Below, one piece after another: positions 56,414 through 64,000 of a stretch of 64,000 nucleotides of DNA. Made by a program: the position numbers and the translations under genes. The stretch is from Thermoanaerobaculia bacterium. Its GTDB lineage: Bacteria; Acidobacteriota; Thermoanaerobaculia; Multivoradales; UBA5704. Location of the stretch: NCBI GenBank assembly GCA_044226625.1, contig JBGAGQ010000025.1, positions 1-64,000 on the forward strand, written 5' to 3'. Positions within the stretch are counted from its first letter, which is position 1. Each line of letters starts with the position of its first letter. The notes beneath the pieces were generated by a model, which saw only the letters and a program-made list of their open reading frames with translations, ran no database searches and was not told where the DNA came from.

Positions 56414-58510
56414 TCATTCTTCTTCTTCGTGCTTCCGATTGCGGTTCGCTTCGGCGACGATCTTGTCCTGCACCAGGCGCGGCACCTCTTCGTAGTGCGA
56501 GAACTCCATGTGGAAGTTCGCGCGCCCCTGGGTCATCGAGCGCAGCGCCGGAGCGTAGTTGAGCATTTCGGCCATCGGCACCTGCGCCTTGATCAACTGG
56601 CCGGAGGAGGAGCTCTCCATGCCGGACGGACGGCCCCGGCGATGCGACAGGTCGCCCATGATGTCGCCGGTGAAATCGTCGGGGGTGTCGATCTCGACCT
56701 TCATGATCGGCTCGGTCAGCGTCACGCCGGCCTTGGCGAGCGCGTCCTTCAAGCCGAGCGAGCCCGCGATCTTGAACGCGAGCTCGGAGGAGTCGACGTC
56801 GTGGTACTGGCCGTCGAGCAGCCGGACGCGGAAGTCGACCACCGGGAAGCCGGCGAGGTAGCCGCGCCGGCGCGCCTCCTGGATGCCCTTTTCGACCGCC
56901 GGCCGGTAGTTCTGGGGAATCGCGCCGCCGAAGATCTCGTCGACGAAGGCGAAGTCCTCGCCGCGCGGCATCGGCTCGATCTTGATCTTGCAGTCGGCGA
57001 ACTGGCCCCGGCCGCCGCTCTGCTTCTTGTGCCGCCCGTGCCCTTCGGCCGGCTTCGTGATCGTCTCGCGGTAGGGCACCTTCGGCGGGTGGAGGTTCAC
57101 CTCGACGTGATAGCGGTTCTTGAGCTTCGAGACCGCGATCTCGATGTGCAGCTGGCCGGTGCCGGAGAGGAGGATCTCGTGCGTCTCCGGGTCGCGGCTC
57201 GAGCGCAGCGTGAGGTCCTCGTCCATCAGGCGGTGCAGCGCGTCGCCGATCTTCTCGTCGTCGCCCTTGGACTTCGGCTCGATCGCGAAGCTCATCGCCG
57301 GCTCCGGCACCTTGATCCACTCGAGCGCGAGCGTCTTGTCCTTGGCGTTCGGAGCGAGCAGCGTGTCGCCGGTCGCGGAAACCTTGAGCTTCGCGACGCC
57401 GCCGATGTCGCCCGCGATCAGGCGCGGGACCTGGGTGCCTTGTTTGCCCTGGAGCGCCATCAGGTGACCGACCTTCTCGGCTTCACCCGCGCGGGAGTTC
57501 CAGGCCGCGGCGTCGGCCGGGAGCGTGCCGGTCATCACGCGGAGGATCGAGATCTTCCCGGAGAACGGGTCGGACAGCGTCTTGAAGACCAGCGCCGCGC
57601 ACGGCGCGGCGGGATCGCTCGCGAGCTCGACGCTCCCATCGGCGCCGGTCGCCTGGAAGTGCCGGCCGACCGGGGAGGGGAGGTAGTCGACCGCGAAGTC
57701 GAGAACCGCCGAGCCGCCGATCCCGTGTCCGGGCGCGCCCAGGAGGACCGGGAAGATCTGGCGGTGGGCCACCGCCATGCGGATCCCTTTCTCGAGGTTC
57801 TCCTGCGACAGCGTCCCCTGCTCGAAGAAGCCGGTCATCAGCTCGTCGTCGGTCTCGGCCACCGCTTCGATCAGCGTCGCGCGGGCGGCCTCCGCCTCCT
57901 CGAGCAGGTCGGCCGGGATGTCGGCGATCTCCGCTTTGCCGTTGCCGTCCTTGGCGAAGCGCAGAGCCTTCATCCGGACCAGGTCGACGATGCCGGAGAA
58001 GGCCGCTTCCTTGCCGATCGGCAGCTGGACCGGAAGGACGCCACGGCCGAAGGCCTTCTGCAGGCTTGCGAGCGCGCGGTCGAGATCGGCCCGCTCGCGG
58101 TCCATCTTCGCGAGGTGGATGGCGACCGGGATCTCGCCCTCGGCCGCCGCTTGCCAGACTTTCTCGGTGTTGACCTCGACGCCCGCGACGCCGTTGACGC
58201 AGAGGAGGACGGCGTCGGCCGCGCGCAGCCCCGCGCGGGTCTCGGTGAAGAAGATGCCGTAGCCGGGGCAGTCGATGAGGTTGATCTTGTGGCCGCGCCA
58301 GGGGACGAAAGAGGTCGCGATTCCGATCGAGATGCCGCGCTCGATCTCTTCCTTGTCGAAGTCGGTCAGCGTATTGCCGTCCTCGACGCGGTTCAGCCGG
58401 GTGGTGACCCCACCGGTGAAGGCGAGCGCGCTCGCGAGGGTGGTCTTGCCGGTGTCGTTGTGACCCGCCAGCGCGAGGTTACGAATCTTGTCGGAGCTGT
58501 CGACCTGCAT
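56414..58510 (-). CDS. fusA: Elongation factor G-like protein (EF-G2 type)
   Basis: GHNDTGKTT, ERGISI, DCPG, AKMD, G.GQLHIEI, KKQSGGRGQ, HDVDSSELAF; GGAGG RBS; not in an str operon. Confidence 0.88.
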   Translation of the reverse strand: MQVDSSDKIRNLALAGHNDTGKTTLASALAFTGGVTTRLNRVEDGNTLTDFDKEEIERGISIGIATSFVPWRGHKINLIDCPGYGIFFTETRAGLRAADAVLLCVNGVAGVEVNTEKVWQAAAEGEIPVAIHLAKMDRERADLDRALASLQKAFGRGVLPVQLPIGKEAAFSGIVDLVRMKALRFAKDGNGKAEIADIPADLLEEAEAARATLIEAVAETDDELMTGFFEQGTLSQENLEKGIRMAVAHRQIFPVLLGAPGHGIGGSAVLDFAVDYLPSPVGRHFQATGADGSVELASDPAAPCAALVFKTLSDPFSGKISILRVMTGTLPADAAAWNSRAGEAEKVGHLMALQGKQGTQVPRLIAGDIGGVAKLKVSATGDTLLAPNAKDKTLALEWIKVPEPAMSFAIEPKSKGDDEKIGDALHRLMDEDLTLRSSRDPETHEILLSGTGQLHIEIAVSKLKNRYHVEVNLHPPKVPYRETITKPAEGHGRHKKQSGGRGQFADCKIKIEPMPRGEDFAFVDEIFGGAIPQNYRPAVEKGIQEARRRGYLAGFPVVDFRVRLLDGQYHDVDSSELAFKIAGSLGLKDALAKAGVTLTEPIMKVEIDTPDDFTGDIMGDLSHRRGRPSGMESSSSGQLIKAQVPMAEMLNYAPALRSMTQGRANFHMEFSHYEEVPRLVQDKIVAEANRNRKHEEEE

Positions 58511-58760
58511 CCCGGTGCCTCCTTGGCCATCAGATGAAACGCGGCTATAGCGCGGATCGAATACCTGGTTGCAATCGCGGCTGAAATCGAGCGTCAAATG
58601 ATAGCACAGAGGTTGTCCACCTAGGAGTTAAATGGCTTGCTAGGAGAGGTTTAGGTCCGGTCGGCCCGTCTCGGCGCGGCGGGGGAGAGCAGCCGTTCGC
58701 GCGGGGCCGGATCTTCATCGCGGGCGAGGTCTCCGGGGCCATGGGCGACCCGGCGGAAGC

Positions 58761-58769
58761 TGCTACAAT
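58761..58769 (+). promoter_or_regulatory. Possible extended -10 promoter (TGcTACAAT)
   Basis: Matches TGnTAnnnT about 50 bp upstream of the kinase ATG at 58820. Confidence 0.4.
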
Positions 58770-58819
58770 CTGCCGCTCCCGGACGAGTCCCCAGGCCCCG
58801 ATCGAGGAAAAACGAGGCG

Positions 58820-60967
58820 ATGGCACCCCACCCTACCCAGCTCGGGCGTTACGAGATTCGAGAGGAGCTCGGCAAAGGGGCGATGGGGATCGTCTACCTC
58901 GCTCGCGATCCGCTGATCGGCCGCCTCGTCGCGTTGAAGACGTTCCGCCTCGGCTTTTCGACCGGCGATCGCGACATCGAACAGTTCCGCGCGCGGTTCA
59001 TGCGCGAGGCGCAGAGCGCGGGCATCCTGTCCCACCCGGGGATCGTCACCGTCCACGACGTGGTCGAGCGAAGCGAAGAGGGTCTCGCCTTCATCGCCAT
59101 GGAGTACGTGCGCGGCACGAACCTCAAGATGCTGCTCCAGGGCGACGCGCCGCTCGACCTCGCCTTCGTCGCCGACGTCATCTCCCAGATCGCCGCCGCG
59201 CTCGATTACGCCCACGCCCACGGCGTGATCCATCGCGACGTCAAGCCGGCGAACGTCATCCTGACCGGCGACGGCAAGGTCAAGCTCACCGATTTCGGCA
59301 TCGCCCGGCTCGACAGCTCGAACCTGACGCAGGAAGGGCAGATGCTCGGCACGCCGAACTACATGGCGCCCGAGCAGGTGATGGGCAAGGAGGTCGACCA
59401 TCGCGCCGACCTCTTCTCGCTCGGCGTCGTGCTCTACGAGATGCTCACGGGGCACAAGCCGTTCGCGGGCGAGAACCTGACGCAGGTCTCGCACCGGATC
59501 GTCTATGAGCCGTTCACCCCGCCGGAGAAGTTCGTTCGCGACCTGCCGCCCGCGATCCGCGCGGTCCTCACCAAGGCGCTCGACAAGAACCCCGACGACC
59601 GCTACTCGACCGCGAGCGACCTCGCGCGCGATCTCGCCGGCGCGATCTCCGGCCGCAACCGCGCGCCGATGGACCTCAACGAGACGCAGAGCGTCGACGC
59701 GTTCTCTCCGCCGCTGCCCGTGCCGGATCTGCCGCCCCCGCCGCCGCTGCCGGCGCTGCCTGCGACCCAGGCGCTGTTCTTTCCGCCCGGCGACGGCTCG
59801 ACGACCGGGCTCGGCGTTCCGGGCACGCTCCACGACACGCTCGTGACCCCGGCGGCGACCGTCGAGTTCCCCTCGGGCTCTCGCGCGTCGGCTCCGATCG
59901 CCGTTTCGCCAGCCATCCCACCGGCGGCCCCTCCGCTCGTCTCGGCGCCCGTCGACCCGGTGCCGAGCGCCGCGGACATCCCTCCAGCGGCGGCGGTTCC
60001 CCAGCCCGCAGCCGCGCCGGCTGCCGCGCCCCGGCCGGCGGGCAAGGGTCTCGGGCATTGGCTTGCGTTGAGCGCCGGAAGCGTCGCCGTGGCCGGCGTC
60101 GCGGCGGCGGCGTTCCTGCTCACGCTGTCGTGGGTGGGCACGCCGCTCTCTCGTTCGCTCGCGCCGGAACGGCAGGCGGTCGAGCGCGAGGTGATCCAGC
60201 TCCGCCAGGAGGGGATCCGGCGGCTGGCGCTCGGCGATTCGGCCGGCGCTGCGATGATGCTGGCGCGCGCCGAGCAGCTCGCGCCCGAGCACGTCGGCCT
60301 GCGCGACCTGCGGCAGAAGGCGACCCAGCAGGCGGCGGCATTCGCCGGCGCCGCGGGGCGCACCGCCGAGGTGCAGGAAGGGCTCGCCAACGCGCGCACC
60401 GCGCTCGCCGAGAAGCGCTACGACGAGGCGGCGATCGCCGCGATCGGCGTCCTGTCGCGCCAGCCGGACAACCGCGAGGCGAACGACATCCTGGCCGCCG
60501 TGCAGCAGGCGAAGACCCTCACCGCGCCCCCGACGGGGCGGAACCGGCCCGGTGGCACGCGGAGGCCGGAGGAGCCCCAAGCTTCCGGATCCGAGGCTCC
60601 CGTCGAGACGGCCCGCGCCGACACGCCCCCGACGGCGGAGGCGGCGACCGGCGACGCCGTGTTGAACGTCTCGTTCACGACCGAGATGGCCGAAGGGGTC
60701 GTGATGGTCTACTACGAAAAGCGCCAGCTCCTGCGTGAGGCGTTCCGCTACAAGACCGGCGGTTTCCTCCGCTCGCGCGCAACCGGCGGCGGCTTCGACC
60801 GCCAGATCACCTTGCCGCCGGGCTCGGGCCAACTGCGGGTCTACGTGACCCCGGCGGGCCGGCCGGCCAAGGTGATGAACCTGCAGGGGAACTTCCCCGC
60901 GGGCTCCTCCCGCCGCCTGGTGATCGACCTCTCGGCGGCGGGCACCGCGAACGCCCAGCTGCAGTAA
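58820..60967 (+). CDS. Ser/Thr protein kinase with a Pro-rich linker, TM helix and extracytoplasmic domain
   Basis: LGKGAMGIVY, VALK, HRDVKPAN, DFG, GTPNYMAPE. Confidence 0.93.
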   Translation: MAPHPTQLGRYEIREELGKGAMGIVYLARDPLIGRLVALKTFRLGFSTGDRDIEQFRARFMREAQSAGILSHPGIVTVHDVVERSEEGLAFIAMEYVRGTNLKMLLQGDAPLDLAFVADVISQIAAALDYAHAHGVIHRDVKPANVILTGDGKVKLTDFGIARLDSSNLTQEGQMLGTPNYMAPEQVMGKEVDHRADLFSLGVVLYEMLTGHKPFAGENLTQVSHRIVYEPFTPPEKFVRDLPPAIRAVLTKALDKNPDDRYSTASDLARDLAGAISGRNRAPMDLNETQSVDAFSPPLPVPDLPPPPPLPALPATQALFFPPGDGSTTGLGVPGTLHDTLVTPAATVEFPSGSRASAPIAVSPAIPPAAPPLVSAPVDPVPSAADIPPAAAVPQPAAAPAAAPRPAGKGLGHWLALSAGSVAVAGVAAAAFLLTLSWVGTPLSRSLAPERQAVEREVIQLRQEGIRRLALGDSAGAAMMLARAEQLAPEHVGLRDLRQKATQQAAAFAGAAGRTAEVQEGLANARTALAEKRYDEAAIAAIGVLSRQPDNREANDILAAVQQAKTLTAPPTGRNRPGGTRRPEEPQASGSEAPVETARADTPPTAEAATGDAVLNVSFTTEMAEGVVMVYYEKRQLLREAFRYKTGGFLRSRATGGGFDRQITLPPGSGQLRVYVTPAGRPAKVMNLQGNFPAGSSRRLVIDLSAAGTANAQLQ

Positions 60968-61009
60968 GCGCCGCGGCGACGGCGCGCCGGCCCCGGGATC
61001 GATCCGGCC

Positions 61010-64000
61010 TTACCCGCCCCCTCCGCCGACCATCTTCATCAGGGGATTCAGATACCCCTGCAGCAGCCGTTCGATCTGCGGGAACCGCGTCGCCACCAGG
61101 CCGAGCAGCGGCAGGACCCCGTAGGTGAGGATGCTCTGGACGAAGCTGCGGTCGAGAACGTCCGTCTTGCCGGCCTCCGTGCCGCCGATCGCCGAGAGCG
61201 TCGCGTTGCGGTCCATGTGCACGAACACCCAGATCGTCATCAGGACGGCCGCAGCGAGCGCGCTCCAGATCGAGAGGAACAGGACCCGCTTCGGCTGGAC
61301 CTCGTAGCTGGTGATCGCGAGGAGCAGGAAGAAGCCGGGCACCAGCGCGCTCATCAGGCTGTTGCGCAGATGGGCGAAGACCGTTCGCACGTAGGCGATC
61401 AGCCGCACCACGACGAAATCCTGGAGGGGACCCGGGGAGCGCCAGGCGTCCGCCCGCGAGAGCGCGGCTTCGAACTTCTGCTGCAGGTCGCTCCGACCGT
61501 CGGCCTCCTTCTTGGGGTCGCGTAGGCGATGCCCTTCGAGGGCGAGAGCGAGACAGGAGCGCATCGGCTCGGAAGAGGCCGGGCCGCCGACGGCCGCGAG
61601 CTTGGCGATCGACAGCTCCGACATCTTGAACGGCGGAATCAGCCAGGCGAACGACTTCATGGGCCGCCAGTCGACCTCTTCGTGCAGAGCGCGGAAGACC
61701 GCGTCGAGGCTCAAGGTTTCGATCCGATCGAGCAATCCCGAGAGCTCCGCCCAGAGGCGGAGGAAGCGATGGAACGAGACCAGCGCGAGGGTGAACGAGC
61801 CGATCGCGAGACCGGCGAAGACCCTGCCGTAGGCCCTCGATTCGGCGACCGGCTGGATGAATTGGTAGAGATAGATCGCGGCGAGCACGAGGGGCGCCCC
61901 GAACACCGCCCAGAAACGCCAGGTGGGGAAGGTGTGCAACATGCGCTGCTCGAGCGACCGTGCGATCTCGCGGCAACCGGGGAGGACGGGGTCCTCGCCC
62001 GGGAGCTCCGGGATCGGGAACTTCGAGCCCTGGAACGCCACGAGCGCGCGGCGCTTCATCTCCAGGATCGCCCAGAGGAAGATGCCGCCGCCGACCCAGG
62101 CGAGCGAGACGAGCGGCGACATCCCACCGGTGAATTTCCGGGCGCGGAAATAGAACAGCTCGATCCCTCCCGGCATCCAGGCGTGGAGCAGCGGACAGGC
62201 GAGCAAGCCGCCGGCGGACGCCACCAGCGAGACGATCGCGATCCACCGCAGGGAGACGCCGAGCTTCGGCAGTCCGGTCCATCGGGCCGGCAGCCAGTCT
62301 CGAAGGAAAAACGCTCCGAGCCCCACCGCGGTGAAGAACACCCCGAGCCAGAGCGCGTCGTCGGTCATCGTCTCCAAGCGGCTCCAGGTCTCGCCGAACG
62401 CCCACCAGGGGAGCGCGCCCACCACCTCGAGCACACCCCAGGCGACCAGGATCGCCGAGAGCGCGAGCAGGAAGGGGAAGCGGTCGCGCAGATCGGGCGG
62501 CAGGTTGGGGATCTCGCGCAGCGGCCGCGCCACCCGCACGAGCCAGACCGACAGGGCCACGATCACCAGCAGGCAGGTGAGCGTGAGGGCGTTCGCCTTG
62601 GCGCCCGCCATGACGGGTTTCGGCCGGTTCGGATCGCTCGGTGCGCGAGCGGCGGCCTTCCGACCCGGCGCGGCTCCCGGGCGCAGCTGGGCGAGCGGCC
62701 AGATCGACCCGTTGCCGATCGCCGAGATCCACACCCGCGGCGTTTCGAGGTGCGCCGGCTTCTGCTCGGCGGGCAGCTCCGCGTCGGCGAGGAGCGCTCG
62801 GACCGCGTGGACCACCCCCTCATGGAGCTCGCTCTGGAACTGGCGCATGCCGATCCACGGCGGCCGCGAGCCGTCCGAGACCGGGTCTTCGAGCCAGGGG
62901 AGCCCGCGGGTGAAGAGCGCGGAGGAGGAGAGGAGGATCGCGCCGTCCAAGGCGTCGCGGTTCTGGGGGTGGGCGAGGAGCAGATCGCTGTCGAGCAGGA
63001 ACAGCTGGAGGTCGGGGCAGATCTCCTGCGCCCGTTCCGCGAGGAAGATCTGGTCGCGCGTGTCGGTGGCGACGATGCCGAGGTAGCTCTTCTTGCCTTC
63101 CCCGCAGAGGACGGCGAGGAAGTTCGACAGGGCGAGATCTTTGGTCGGGGTGGTGAGGATCGAAAACTCGGGCACCACGTCGATCGGCCGGCTCGAATCG
63201 GCCAGGCTGATCGCCAGCGGCGTCGGGCCGAGGCGCGGCGCCGCTTTCGTCGGGGCCGCTCCCCGAGCGGCGTCTTCGGACGCTTTCCGCAGACCCGAGA
63301 GTCCGCTCGGAAATTTGAGCACGAGCAGGTCGTCGGACTCGTCCGACGCCTCGGCGAGTTGGTGGGCGTTCTGGCCGTACGCCGTGTCCGCCTCGCTCAA
63401 GAGCGCCATCCGCTCGATCCGCCAGCCGAGCTTCTCGGAGAGAAACTTCTTCCCTTCCTCAAGGAGACTCCCGTCGTCCATCACGCTGCGGAAGAAGCGG
63501 ATCCCCTTGCCGCAATCGAAGGCGCAGAGGTTCAGCCAGGAGGACGTCGCCGAGCCGCTGATCAGCCAGACCTCCGGCGGCTGCCGCCCCTTGTCGAGCT
63601 TCGGCTTCCAGGAGGCGAACGTCAGACGGAGCGACTCGCGGGATCCGGAAAACGTCGGTCCGAGGATGCGGATCCGCTCAACCGATCGCCCCGAAGCGAG
63701 TCGTCTCGGGCTCGCGAGGCCATGGGCCGTCTCGAGGGCGAGCCGAAAGGCGGCTTTGTGCACCCCGCCTTTCGCGGTCTCGCCGACCAGGAAGACGATC
63801 GCAATGCGTCCGGCGCCGGCGCGGCCGGGGCGGCGGAAGAGCAGGATCCCCGGGCGCTTCCGGTACGCGGGATCGGCCGGAGAGGCGGTAGATTTCCCCT
63901 CCTCCGGCTGGGCCGCCCACGGTAGGTCGATCCGGTCGAGCAGGAAACCGGCTTCGGCAAATCCCTCCTGAATACCCGCGAGCGCCTGATCGAAGCGGGC
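61010..64000 (-). CDS. Large hypothetical membrane protein (alpha/beta soluble domain + multi-TM C-terminus); 5' end outside the window
   Basis: The frame stays open upstream of the ORF-track GTG to the window end (DRIDLPW...PGILLFR...FLVGET). ILGPTFSGS, ISGSATS and ALLSEADTAYG recall type I periplasmic-binding folds; about 10 TM segments follow. Confidence 0.75.
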   Translation of the reverse strand, partial: ARFDQALAGIQEGFAEAGFLLDRIDLPWAAQPEEGKSTASPADPAYRKRPGILLFRRPGRAGAGRIAIVFLVGETAKGGVHKAAFRLALETAHGLASPRRLASGRSVERIRILGPTFSGSRESLRLTFASWKPKLDKGRQPPEVWLISGSATSSWLNLCAFDCGKGIRFFRSVMDDGSLLEEGKKFLSEKLGWRIERMALLSEADTAYGQNAHQLAEASDESDDLLVLKFPSGLSGLRKASEDAARGAAPTKAAPRLGPTPLAISLADSSRPIDVVPEFSILTTPTKDLALSNFLAVLCGEGKKSYLGIVATDTRDQIFLAERAQEICPDLQLFLLDSDLLLAHPQNRDALDGAILLSSSALFTRGLPWLEDPVSDGSRPPWIGMRQFQSELHEGVVHAVRALLADAELPAEQKPAHLETPRVWISAIGNGSIWPLAQLRPGAAPGRKAAARAPSDPNRPKPVMAGAKANALTLTCLLVIVALSVWLVRVARPLREIPNLPPDLRDRFPFLLALSAILVAWGVLEVVGALPWWAFGETWSRLETMTDDALWLGVFFTAVGLGAFFLRDWLPARWTGLPKLGVSLRWIAIVSLVASAGGLLACPLLHAWMPGGIELFYFRARKFTGGMSPLVSLAWVGGGIFLWAILEMKRRALVAFQGSKFPIPELPGEDPVLPGCREIARSLEQRMLHTFPTWRFWAVFGAPLVLAAIYLYQFIQPVAESRAYGRVFAGLAIGSFTLALVSFHRFLRLWAELSGLLDRIETLSLDAVFRALHEEVDWRPMKSFAWLIPPFKMSELSIAKLAAVGGPASSEPMRSCLALALEGHRLRDPKKEADGRSDLQQKFEAALSRADAWRSPGPLQDFVVVRLIAYVRTVFAHLRNSLMSALVPGFFLLLAITSYEVQPKRVLFLSIWSALAAAVLMTIWVFVHMDRNATLSAIGGTEAGKTDVLDRSFVQSILTYGVLPLLGLVATRFPQIERLLQGYLNPLMKMVGGGGG

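Noticed and set aside
1-64000. tRNA, rRNA, integrase or prophage genes
   Set aside because: I recognised no cloverleaf or T-loop signature in intergenic space, no rRNA-like tract, and no recombinase or phage structural motifs by eye; tRNAscan-SE/Infernal would confirm.

Overview
High-GC bacterial chromosomal window. Gene content suggests Acidobacteriota, possibly Thermoanaerobaculia (inference from the trpS-scpA-scpB-rluB-cmk cluster, an EF-P with a PGNWRG loop next to an EF-G2-like gene, several Ser/Thr kinase/ECF sigma modules and an IPTL-CTERM protein). Bases 1-25.3 kb are accessory. They hold two 5'-truncated Rpn/YhgA-like genes that both keep an intact internal small ORF with its own RBS, a MITE-like palindrome, an AlkZ/HTH_42-like gene, an 11-unit 20/21-bp palindromic array, an M91/NleD-like effector candidate, a kinase/ECF module and a decaying co-oriented run of small genes and gene fragments. 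The best candidate for an undescribed system is the 1398-aa protein at 3991-8187(-). It has a PD-(D/E)XK nuclease-like N-terminus, a STAND-type NTPase and about 14 tandem 38-aa helical repeats (114 bp). The repeats vary at fixed i / i+4 / i+5 positions around a conserved aromatic residue, a spacing like the PUF/Pumilio base-recognition motif. The rest of the window is mostly housekeeping and secreted-protein genes, including a matrixin-like protein that has lost all of its zinc ligands and a G8/CEMIP-like protein. I saw no rRNA, tRNA, CRISPR array, integrase or intact transposase. All family calls come from motif recognition by eye; no database searches were run.
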